Shown piece by piece: positions 39,701-52,000 of a stretch of DNA of 64,000 nucleotides (position 1 is its first letter; the number at the start of each line of letters is the position of its first letter). Source of the stretch: Phoronis australis. Taxonomy: Eukaryota > Animalia > Phoronida. Below the pieces are notes generated by a model, which did not search any database, was not told where the DNA came from, and was given only the letters and a program-made list of their open reading frames with translations. A program made the translations under genes and the position numbers. The DNA is taken from contig NMRA01000128.1 in assembly GCA_002633005.1 (NCBI GenBank), positions 237,165-301,164 on the forward strand, read 5' to 3'.

Positions 39701-42700
39701 TCTGCCATCTGTGTTCTAGCGACATGAGGAAAGTGCTCATTAGAAAGGTCACCAACTGCATGTTGGTTTGGACACAGTTGTTGCATTTCATTTTTCTCAC
39801 TTGCAGATATGTCCGTATTATTGTGGTTACATTTCATTTTTCTCCCTTATAGGTATGTCCGTATTATTGGTACTCATAACTCGGTGAACAAAGTATTCCA
39901 CGTGGTTGCCGTTGAATGTCTCTATCTTAACAAGACATTCCAAGTTGACCGAGGACTTCTAGGTACGTTGTCATTTCCGTTCCAAAATGAATTTCTGACT
40001 TCGTTTACAAATTTTTCTTGTCAAAGCAGCTATGAAATATCGTTCATCACAAAGATAAGCTTTTGGTTTAGACCACTTAACTTCATGGAATTGATCTCAC
40101 ATTGTTCTTTCGTCAAATTGGTGGGGATTTCAGGGCCTTGAAAAAATTGGCATTTCATTTTTGCTTGACAGGATACCAAACCCTGTTTTGGTGATTTCAA
40201 TCAAGGGCTTGTTCTGCCACTTCCTAATGCATCACTGGCATGATTAAAGCAAAATTCAAGTAAAAATTCGTACCATCTCCAAGTCACAAATTGGACATTA
40301 TGGTCTTCCGTATAGTTGTTGTGTAACTCGCCTAAAGTATATGTCATGCTTCACCCCTTTAGCAGACTTTGTAAGGAGTTTTACTCCAAATTTTTTAGGG
40401 TTATCCAGGGTTACAGAGCATTATTTTGTGTCAGAGAACTGTATGGGAAAATTGTTTTCAATATGTGTTAATAGGCCAAAACCAGGTTTTATATCCTTAA
40501 AGACTAGGTTCTAAAATTTGGCATGTCACTGTGTGTCATTTCATGTCAGTTCTTTGCAAACCCTTAAATCACTTGTCATTTTATAGCGGCAATTGGTATA
40601 AATCGAATGTTGTTGTATGTAACATGACTTTATAGCCACTTGAAATATTTCTTTTGGAGATTAAGTGTTGACAGTTTTGGAAATTGACGAACAATGAGTT
40701 AGTAGGATTGTAATATATGGGACATATATGGTACAGTCCTAGCTGACAATGTGTTAAGGTTTGAAAGTTTCTCTATTTTTATGCTAAGTCCAGTCAACTT
40801 AGTAATTTTTCTATTTTGTGCGCACGCACATACACACTCGTACGCAATGTTACTGTTGTTTATGATCCTTCAATTTTGTTAATTTTGTGTCACAGTCCCC
40901 ACTGAAAATGTGGCCACTACGAGTATGAGTGCATGCGTGATAGAGGGCGTCAGTCGTAGCCGCAATGCGTTGATCAACGGCGACACCAGAAACTACGACT
41001 GGGACTCTGGTTACACTTGCCACCAACTGGGCAGCGGTGCAATAGTGGTACAGCTGGCGCAGCCGTACATATTAGGCTCCATGAGGTGTGTTCTTCTCTT
41101 TCATGGTCTTCAAATTTAATGATCTTGACACATGTTAACCGTAGAATGTTTTGATTACCTTGGTTCACGTGTTTCAAGTAAGCAGGCCTTAAGTCCATAT
41201 CACAATGTACATTCAAGAAAACAAGTGCAAGTTTAAGTGCAGCCTGCCATTGATAGTGGCTAATGAAGTGAATAATATAGGCATTTTCCGATATAGTGAC
41301 ACTAAATGGCGATAAGTTAGTTGGTAGCCAGCATTTTGCATTCTTGTGTGGATTTAATGTAGGGGGATAGTTTCCAGTATTTCTCAAAAATGCTTTGCAA
41401 CCATCAATTGCCACTGTTGTGTGGTAGGATATCTTAATGATTCTGAGAAAAATGTCTGTCTTAAAATGTCTGTGAATGACAGCAATTACCATTTGTCCTT
41501 GTCAACTCTACTAATCTTGCACACCAAAATTAGAAGCTGGGACAAGCAAGAGACACAGCTGTGTGCTCTCACAATGTTTAACTTTTAAATGTGGAATGCT
41601 TGCTACTATTTGTTTAAAGTGGTCAGTTAAAAGTGACACCTGTGGGTAAGTTATCACTGTATCGACTGATGGTTGGAATTGCTCTGTGTAACTGATCAAG
41701 TAAAGTTTGTTTTTACCTCTTCTTTTTAGATATGCATATGTGTATTTGTCAATTTATAATTACTGTCCCCGAAAAGTAATCTGACAGAATACCATTTCCT
41801 GTCGTGACTGCTTATTCTTTAACTGCAAAACTGACTGGTAATAACCACTGGGTGCTTCTCTCAATTAGGACCCAAACTTTTGCTAACAATTTTTTCTTCT
41901 ATTTAAAAGCTTAGGGTGCGAAACTTTGCGTTAAACCTGCTTAATTCCATAGCGAAAAAATGCTGTAGCACGCTCTGCAAAAAGATTGTTTAGCGCTACT
42001 TATCAACATTATTTCGGCAGTGTGTCAATTTTACATGCGACGAATGTATTCCATAGAGCAGCACATGTTTTTTTCTGTTTTGAAAGGTGCATTGAGTTGT
42101 GATGAGAAGCTGATGGGGGACATTTCCAGCACGTATTGTAAAAGTGCTTGAATTCATAGTTGAAATACTCAGTTAGCTTATGTTGTCAGCTTAACTAGAC
42201 CATCTTTACAGACATTATTTCATGCCTCCTCACGCTTCATTGGACTGAATGCAATAAGCATCGGGGAGAACTACAGGCGAAAACACTAGCATTAGGAAAC
42301 ATTCAACATCAGCACAAGCTCAATACATAAAACTGGCGGTATACAAAATTTGAAGTTACTGCCTCAATTGGAGAAGAATTATCAGCAAAAATTTGGGGCC
42401 TGTTTCGGGATAGTGGCAAAATTCTTATTACAGAAGTGTGTAGCTACCTGACTAACTTTCCTATTGATTCCCCTTCAGTCTTGGTCTTGGGGACGTTTCT
42501 CTGTCAGTGAATTCGGCTTCCACCGAGCTGTCATGACAGAGAATTCTGGGTAATTTTGTTTGAACACTTGGCTTGTACTGTAACTGCAAACGGCAGTTGC
42601 TGCACATGCAACGAGGAGTGTTCAGTTACAAGGAGGTTAGTTAAGAAAACAGAACAGGCATTTGACATACTGTCTGAACAAAAGAAATGGTGTTTAAAAG

Positions 42701-44158
42701 AATCACAATCAGTATTGGCTTGTATTTTCACTGTATTTATGCATGTGCCTTCACTTCAGGTTGTTGTTGTGGGACTGTGATGATAGGAGTTACAGGTTCA
42801 CAATAGAGGTCTCCACCGATCAGCTTAACTGGAAAATGGTAGCTGACAAGTCAAAAGAAGACTGCAAGTATGTCATTGTGTTCGTCTTTTTGGATAAAGT
42901 AATCTTGAAGTACACACTCTGCGCAGAAAATTACTTTACACCTATTGAACAGTTGAACGTTAAAAGTTCTATAAACCGTGCAATCAATCACTTAACAAGT
43001 TGTGGTCACATGCTGAATTTTGATAATTTAAAGATTTCAGATCTTGGTTAGTGCAAGTACTTGTAATGAAAAGTTCTCAAGTTACAAAATTTTTAAATGT
43101 CCCCTCAACAGAGCGACATCATGTGATATCTTATTATTTATCTGAATCTCCTTGTATTTTGTCCGCACTATATTGTGACATTTCATTCACTTGTTGGTGC
43201 AGCCAACACACGGTTCGGAATTGATTTTGCCAAACATATCTATAATTTCATATCAAAACATTGGTTACAAACTTTCCATTGTTGTTACCATTGAATTTAC
43301 ACTTTCTTCCCTTACTGCCCAAAACACTGTATCAATAACATATTCCGTATTTATATATTCTGAACAGGAGCAGCTAATTGGATATTTTTGTTTTGCCGTT
43401 TTGCCTTGTGCTTTTGAGTAAGTTGGTTGATAAAAGTTGCTCATTTGTTTTAACAACACTCTTTTGTAGGTCCTGGCAGCTGATTAGGTTTCCTAAGCGT
43501 CCTGTGACATTTATAAGAATAATTGGCTCTCACAACACAGCTAATGAGGTAAAGAAGAAATCTCTTAACGTCACGTGTATCACATGAAACTTCCACGAGC
43601 GAAATTTCATTCTGTTGGTCAGAATATTTGTTGAGAAAAATCATCAAAATTTTTAAGTTGATCCCCTTTGTCAGCTACCCCCGTATCTTAATTCTTTCAG
43701 CAAAATTGTGTTGTTGCTGACCACAGCGAGAATCGATTTCAGTCACGAAACAACTGACCTTTTTCAGTTAAATACACGTTGTAGATGTTCCTCTTTGTAA
43801 AAATATGCTTTCTGATATAATAAGTAACATGTTGCAAATTGTGAATATGCCTCTTAACTGCATTACTGGTTTACTAAGTACATGTCTCCTGTAATTACGA
43901 GAATTCATGTTAGTTGCCAAAGTTCACTTACTTCCCTACCTACAGGTTTTCCACTGCGTACACTTTGAGTGTCCAGCTGTCTCAGACGACGACCTTCAGT
44001 CGTCCGTTGACCTTGATGATAGTTATGGCGAACCAGTCAAAGATAGCCTTAGTTCATCCAGCTCAGATGATGGTAGCGCAAACAACGCGGGACAGGACCA
44101 ATCGAACAAAAGTGCTTCACTGAATATGCAATTGGCTCGTAGTTTGAGCCTAGCATAG
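33781..44158 (+). CDS. BTBD9: BTB/POZ domain-containing protein 9 (BTB-BACK plus two F5/8-like domains), ~618 aa, 11 coding exons
   Basis: Exons: 33781-33965, 35716-35851, 36927-37157, 38105-38369, 38660-38879, 39313-39432, 39853-39962, 40896-41085, 42760-42867, 43470-43548, 43946-44158. All GT-AG, 1857 nt. Diagnostic peptides GEIDHVHHLSENIG, FPAHKVILAARSDYFRALLFGG, PEENVAT, NYDLDRGFTRHPI, SRSRNALINGDTRNYDWDSGYTCHQLGSG, HNTANEVFHCVHFECP. Confidence 0.96.
38440..38552. mobile_element. Short hairpin MITE (Tc1/mariner-like) in BTBD9 intron
   Basis: cagtagtcacttacatgggcccgggattttgagaaccagttt / aaactggttctcaaaatgcgggaccctgtaagtggctattactg|ta form an imperfect ~42-bp inverted repeat. Confidence 0.75.
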
Positions 44159-46050
44159 TCAGACAATGAATCTGTTGGGTGGGTGAAGATGATGCATGCG
44201 ATTTTTTGAATCTTAACGTGCAACAAAATTTGGTGAAAACTGAAAATTCAAAAGTGATTTTACCAGAGGTTTACATAGTAATTCTTTTCTGGAAGATTTT
44301 TGACTTTAGTGGGTTATGAATTGCAACCCGTGGCTTAGTTGATCTGTGGTGATTTAATTACCTCTATTTTTCTTGTCTTTAAGTTTTCATTTGTGGTAAG
44401 GAATTTTTATTCGATCAAAATAAAAAAGAATGGAACACAGAAATAATGCCCTTTTCTCTGTGTTTTTGGAAAATGAACTTGCAACTGGTTCTGAGTAAAA
44501 TTATTTGCAATTAACCTGCCTTCCCCCAGAAAATTTTAATTTTGATTTAAACCACTAGGTGCCGCTATAAAAGTGGTCTTGACTTGTTTCTTAGTCATGT
44601 GAGAAGTGATTTTTGGTCTTGTAGAGAAGTTTATGTTATACCTTAAGATCATGCGTGGCGTATAAATTGACATGCTGTGACAAATCAAGTTGTAGACCCA
44701 GGTTTCAATCAATAATTATTTGTGAGTGCTGTGCCAGCCCAGAAATGACACCTAATTTGACTAATGTGCTGTTTGAGACCAATTTCATCATGGCAGGTGG
44801 TCTGAATCAAAAATTTATTTTTTGTGTTGGAAAGCAGGTTCATAGCTACTTCAAGGCTGAACACTTTTATTATTTCTAGGGTTACGATGTCATGTAAATA
44901 TTGTCTATTATTTATTTGCAGTTGAGGGATTTATTTATTGGCAACAGTGTTCGGTTTATGCAGTTTTATTATTCGAATTTCCTGCTAGTTGAACTTTTGA
45001 TTCAAAAGTACCTCTCAATGGGTGGAAAATGATGAGATTGTATATCACATAAAACAGCAAGTTTTGGACAAAATTTAGCATTTAGTCAAATGATTCTTAA
45101 GGCTCTCAGAGCATTGGATTGTTTGTGTATTATTTTTCTACTGAGGAATGTTAACTGTTAATGCTTTGGCATGTATTAATTTACTGCTAATAAATAGTTT
45201 GTTTTGTAATAACTTTGTTTATTTTGGAATAGCTATTATTAATTTCAGAAATGCTCTCCGGGAAATATTTGGTCCAGCTGTGACAACTTTCCATCAAAAG
45301 TGGTTCCATAATTTTGTTTAGATTCTGTTTAAAATCTTTTTCGTATTGTGGTATACTCCCAATGCGATTGTTTCATCGAAGGTCTAGCACATCATAGTTA
45401 CGCAGTTCATTAATGAGGTCCATGAAGAAAGTCGTGTGTTGATACTACCAATAAGTTATGCGAGTTCCGATGTTATATTCGCGTTAAAACAGCCTTGCAT
45501 TCACAGTCACGTAGGCAAAGGACCATCGTAGCTACCAGTGGTCGTATATCTGACAAAACTCTGCTACCAGTTAGTTACCTGGAACGCTATGTTTAAAACC
45601 CTCTGTTTGGCTATGAGAAGCCCCGAACTAGATTTATCTTGGGGGGGGGGCTTTCTCTATTTTTTGGACTGGTTTCGTTGGAAGGATATCTGATTGCTTG
45701 TCACCCAGTAATGGGCGTGCGATGTGGCTAAACGTTTATTGGTAACATTGTATTTATAGTGTCCTTGTTTGAATCTTCATGAAGTATTTGTAAGGAATGC
45801 TGATTAGTTGTAACAAGGTTTTTATTACTAAAAGCAGTAGTCTTACTCAGTTCACTTTCTTTTGGGGGCACATCATTCTTTCTAGTCTAGTGCTGTGAGT
45901 CAATATATCTTATTTGCAGTGCGCAATGACTGTGCGCATGACCATACTCAAACAACTTCTGTAATCACCCAAGCCTGACAGTCTGGTGTATTGATGTACT
46001 TTTGACGAGTCTATTCTTTGCATAATTAATAAGGGAAAGTAAATGCCACG

Positions 46051-49000
46051 TCATGCCTGACTCTCAGCTGTTGTAGTCCGTGCTCGGGACGAATTCGGAA
46101 CTTTTGGTAGCACCCTCTTTAGTCCTTGCAAGATACTTGCCGCGGATGGTGGTGGCGTTGCAATCCATGTTTCTATGACGACATCGGTGATCTAAAAAGA
46201 AAATCTATGTTAAAATGTCTGGAGGCCCTTACAATACAATGCAAAACTATTCCAAGTCACTCCACTGTAACAACAGGAGTACACCATTGTAGGCGACCGT
46301 GACACATGCCAGTAGAGTGACGTTACCCATCTGCTATAATAGCCTTTTTTATCTTGGTAAGAAATACAAAATAGGTCTAAGGCTCCGAGGTTCCCATCAA
46401 AAAGTTCAAGACTTATGAGTGGTCCCGGATTCTGGGTTCATAGAAAAAATGTGTCTATAGTCGATAAGCCGACGTATTTCCAGAATATCATTCCTTACCC
46501 TTACTAGCCACTGTGCCATTTTGTATTAATGTGGCATTCTTGCTTACCTGTTTTGATATTGCGTCCATTGAACCTCTGTCAACAATGTTGTTCATCATTG
46601 TTCTCATCTTATCCCCGTCACTCTCCACTAGCGTTTTGTAATCAACTTCCAGAAACATGCCTGAAAGCTCTTTGCAATACTTTAACGGGCGCTGACTGTC
46701 GCAGCGTTTAGGCTTTTCCGTGGGCCTGTTGAAAGCGTCCTGATACAGTTCGATGCGAATGCTATCTTGCTGGAAACGGTCAATCAGTATCCCCGAATCC
46801 AATATAAGAGAACTGACAGACTTTGACTCTTCTTGTTGATGTATGTCGTCATTGTGCTCACATAACTTTACAGGTTTTACGGTCGCTAATGGGTGGTTCA
46901 GAAAGTGTTCATCAATATGGCATTCTTCACAGATATTTCCCATCGTGTTCTCTTTCACTTGTCGTTTTGGCGTAGGTAGTTGTCTGCCTATAGGGGTCGT
47001 TGACCTTGCTGAACATTCTGGCATTTTTACATTGGAGCACGTTTCCGAAGTAAAAGCTTCGTTGTAGAAGCACAGCATGTCAGATTCTTCGTCAAACGTT
47101 TGTTGGCTTTTGTCATTTATGCTACAGGAAGCTAGACCTACTTTTGGCATTGTAGACTCTAGACTAGATGTCGATCCTTTCAAAGGCTGCTCGTACTGGT
47201 CACATGAGGAAGCTTCGTCTATCGTTGAATAAATGTCCTCGTCACTCAATTCTTGATCAACCTCTTTTATGCATGTGCTTAAAAAGGAGTCTGTCGTGCT
47301 CAAGTTAGAACGATAATAATCGCTATGTTGTCCGTGAGAGAAACCAGAGTCGATGCTACTGATGGATTCCCTGGTCATACGTCTAAATATTTTAGGGTGC
47401 TTTCTTGAGAACGAACCTCTTGATAAAGATAACTTGTTCTCGGCGTCAACACAAGATGGAGCATATATCGTTCTCCTGTTTCTTGGAATGTTGTGAAATA
47501 CCTCTGGAGATTTGTCATTGTCATCAAAAGGCGCGCCAATCCCACTGTCTCTGCTAACTGTGCTTAGAGTGGAATCCAGTCGACGGCATTTGGCATGAGC
47601 TGCCATATCCGCCATCAACTGAACTCCAGAGTCTACCGTCTGGTCATTTGTGGCCTCCTCCCAACACTCAATTTCAAATTCCCGTTCCTTTTGGGCTTCT
47701 AACCTTAAAGGTTGTTTCAGAACCCTACTGCTCTTTGTCGGTATAGGTGGCAGACGTCTCCTTGGCGTCTTTGTAACCTCTTTCCTTTCATCCAGTTCGT
47801 CTAGATTAATATTCGCCACTGATGTGGTATCGTAACATATCTTGTAAGCATCGAAACTCATTTTGTGTACATTTGCAATGAGACAGTCAACACTCATGGT
47901 CAATTCTTTCGATCTTGGTGTGGGTGCTACACTGAAAGGAGCACCCATAGTGGAAATGCGGGTAACTGTTGAAGGACTAACAATTGGAGATAGTTCCCTG
48001 GTATCGTTTGACAGTGTCCTTGGTTTATTGTTTGTCCTTGGTTCAAACCCTGAGTGAAGCAACACATCAATTTCCCCTTCAAGGTCGGAAAGCACCGACT
48101 CGCGGCCGGATTTTACCAATGGAATCAACGGCAACTTTCGTTTGGCGATAGGAATTTCCCACTTCTTTTTTGTAACATTGGTGTTATGTATCGGTGTGCT
48201 CGTTAGGTTACCGGGCGAGGAACTACCCGCAGCGTTTCCTGGTAAGCGTGACGTAGTCCTGACTCTATGGCGACTTAAAGACGCCACCATTTCAAGTAAT
48301 ACGAGAGAATAGGAGCGGATGTCGCCTTCGCCGTCAAATGGAGCAAGGTGACGATTCGGCTGCACTGCCTGATGCTGCGTTTCATCTTCAGTCTCTGAAT
48401 TTGAAGCTTCGTCGAAATCTCCGATCACGATTTTAGGGCATCGGTCCTGAAACACCAGTTACAAATTTTGTAAAAAATAATTTAAATTTATGCTGTTTGC
48501 TGTCGTGCCCAAAAATTCTTGACGTGTTGTTTACTTTTCGCTGGGAAGCATAACTGAAACACTCCATCCCTGTTTGAGCCTACTTTAAAGGGGATAGTTT
48601 CGAAACCCTACTTTTCAACAGTTGTTGGATAAGTATAGTAAATTAGATTCGTACAGACAAATGTTTCCGGCAAAAGGAAAATTATACTTACCATTGTTTG
48701 GTGGCCGAAGCCTATTACAGAGAGTGAACTCGACGTGAGCTTGTTGTGGAAAATACCCAACTCGTGCACGTGATGGAGTCCGTTAGCGATGTCGGAGCTC
48801 ATGGATCGAACCATGGTTTCGGTGACTTTGTCGATTTTGCTTTGAAGAAATTGGCGAAGGTTGCCATGTTTTGCATATTCCACGCAAATGAGTCTACAAA
48901 ATAGAACAAATATACACGAGGTCATTGGGTTTTCGTGAGTGAGAATTGTAAAATGTCGAGACTCATGCACAATCGGGGAAAGAGTTTTAACTAGAGAAGG

Positions 49001-52000
49001 CTAGATTGTTTAAAAGTTATTGTTCACGTTTATTTGTTCTTGAATAATAGACGAGAATTGAGGACATCACTGAGAATATATTTTACTATAAAACTAAATG
49101 AAAGTTTTTCGATCACTAAAGCTGTATCTCGCCCCGCTTAGAAATCGAATTAGGCCTTTTGCTCTCCTAACATCGTGATGGAATTCTGTTTCCGTTACCA
49201 ACAAGAACACCGAAACGATCAGCGACTCGACAGAACGCTTCAGTTTATTGGGGTTGACCAAGCCTAAAATTGCAAATTCGAAAATGGTGCATTTACGCAT
49301 TGCCTTCGTTATGACTTGAGTTGGCATCTTATCAGGCTAAGGAATCTTACAAGACCGAGAGTTAAAGGACTCCCGTTTCTAAGCCAGGCATTCACAGCGA
49401 AATCCATCTTTAAAAGGGAAATCTCGTCAACATTAATTTGGAATCACCAACAGTCTCATAACATTTCCGCGTTTTGTAACAGGTTGTGAGTACGTAGGTT
49501 TATATAGTTTGTGAGAACTTGGCACCATTATGAATTTTTCTGCCAACACATTATTTAGGACAAATTTTGTTTAAGTTCACTGAGAGCGGGTAGCTAAAAC
49601 GTGCACCGATAATTGCTTTCTCGTTGTATTTGATTGTCTCAATTTCTCTCATTGTTTTTACAATTATAAACAATGTTACCAATCATGCGAGTATGATTAA
49701 CCGATCGCTTACATAGAAAAACAAGTGATCGATAACTGATGAGGGATGTGATGTTCTATTCCGGTCTTTGTTCCCAGTTCGATGACATCGAACTCAATAT
49801 TTCACCTGGCTTGCACAATAGAATTGTTAGAATGTTACTTTCACAACATGTGTGGAGAGAATTGATTGCGCCTTTTCAACAACAAACGTTTCACGGTCAT
49901 GGCGCCACCAGAGTACAATGGATGGGACATTTCTAAATAGTTAAACCTGTGTTCAAGCCAGGCTTAACACAAAGGTTTCACATAATACATGGAAGCAATT
50001 AGACTCTATAATTGCCCCCCGATTATATAATTAATAAAGGAACCTTCTCTGCTTTGGCGTCAACAGTTCTGACGAACCATCCTGACGTTGTTGTCAGGTA
50101 CTTGTACGAGTACGACGCCAGCGACGCATTTTGCGTTCTGGAGATCTGGTTGTCCGACTGCAAACTTCAGTATGCATTCTTATTGAACGACCTCGACAAA
50201 AACAACCATGCCGGCGGAATGGGTATTATGGATTGCATATGGTCCTGCATCCGAACTTAGTACAACACATTTAGCAAATTTCCATTCCAATATTTAAATG
50301 ATTTCACTAGGTCATTACACTTTTCACGAAGACGACAACGTCTTGCACTGACCGTTCTGTGTGTGTTCCCACATACCTGTCTTTTCGATCCAGTGTCATG
50401 TCAACAGCTGCTTTGAACAAAGCTGATTTGAACTTATTGGTTTTACAAAACCACTGGCATTTGGCTACATTCTTGTTCACTTGTTGTGAAAGAATCATTA
50501 GAGCGTCCTTCTCGGTTTTCCATTTGTCGTAATGTGACCGCGAGTAGACCTTCAAAAGTCCCGTTTCTGTNTTTCGAGTAAAAAGATTGGAGACCGGGCC
50601 CTGGTTGTCCGACTGCAAACTTCAGTATGCATTCTTATTGAGCGACCTCGACAAAAACAACCATGCCGGCGGAATGGGTATTATGGATTGCATATGGTCC
50701 TGCATCCGAACTTAGTACAGCACATTTAGCAAATTTCCATTCCAATATTTAACTGATTTCACTAGGTCATTACACTTTTCACGAAGACGACAACGTCTTG
50801 CACTGACCGTTCTGTGTGTGTTCCCACATACCTGTCTTTTCGATCCAGTGTCATGTCAACAGCTGCTTTGAACAAAGCTGATTTGAACTTATTGGTTTTA
50901 CAAAACCACTGGCATTTGGCTACATTCTTGTTCACTTGTTGTGAAAGAATCATTAGAGCGTCCTTCTCGGTTTTCCATTTGTCGTAATGTGACCGCGAGT
51001 AGACCTTCAAAAGTCCCGTTTCTGTCGAGAACTCGCCAGCCCATTGGACTCGGAATAGTTTGCAGTTGGAGCTCTAAAATGAACGAAACATGTATGTGTC
51101 TTGCAATCGGTGAGCATACTTAACTAAAGCATTTCAAGTTAACTGTTAATAAATGGTCCATAGTCAAGACAATAACATTTTCTGGGAAACGATAATTTGG
51201 AACAGTTAAGGCAGTTTACGATGTCACTTACGGAGGGCAATACTACTACAATAAATACTTTTATACTGTTTTTTGTGTGCATGGTCCTGCACAGACGTGT
51301 TTAACTACAAATGGACAACTTAGTGCCGATAGGTGAATTTCTCAAACAAGTAATGAGGAATAGCATTTTTAAAAATGGAAGGCACTGTACTCACCCTGTC
51401 TGCAATTTTGATAACACTGGTGAGACTTCCAGGGGCATCAAATTGAAATCTGTGTTTTCGACCTTGAAGAGGATGGCCAGACCTAGATGCACAAAAAATG
51501 GGGCGTCTCGGTCCACATACCAAATGTAGTATAGGATGAAGAACGTTCAAACCAGACGAGTACAAAACTAATGTCCATATGACATGTTCATTCACAGGCG
51601 ATAAGAAGTAGGCGTAGCTGAAAATGGCAAGAACAGCAATCCAACATGCTGTTTCAATAAACAAAGCGATTGATATCCTTTTCGCTTCTTGAAGTGGAGA
51701 AGTCTGTTCAGATGACGACGACGAATCTCTGCTGGTTCTCAAAATGGCCGTCATGTTGCTACCTAAACCGAGTCCGATGGAAATCCATTGGGCAGCAAGA
51801 GTTGTCACGCTGAACTGCCACCCTTTTTGACCAACCAATCTCACGGGAAGGCATGTGAATGGAGTGGTATCGTTGTTATTGAATAGCAGTGAATCCGTCA
51901 GCGGCATGAAAGTTAAAAACGAAATAGCAACAAATTGAAGCAACACCACGCCAATGAAAACGACTCCATGCCTTTTTTCAGAGTCAGGTGTTACTCTACC

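Noticed and set aside
46488-46547. Stop at 46488 as the true end of the receptor-kinase
   Set aside because: A strong CAG|GTAAGC donor at 46548 and a downstream exon (46191-46051) supplying kinase subdomain XI fit better; read-through remains possible as a minor isoform.
50307-50618. Second copy of the kinase N-lobe exon as a mutually exclusive exon
   Set aside because: Truncated at the N, has no splice acceptor, and is near-identical including intron sequence; best explained as an assembly overlap.
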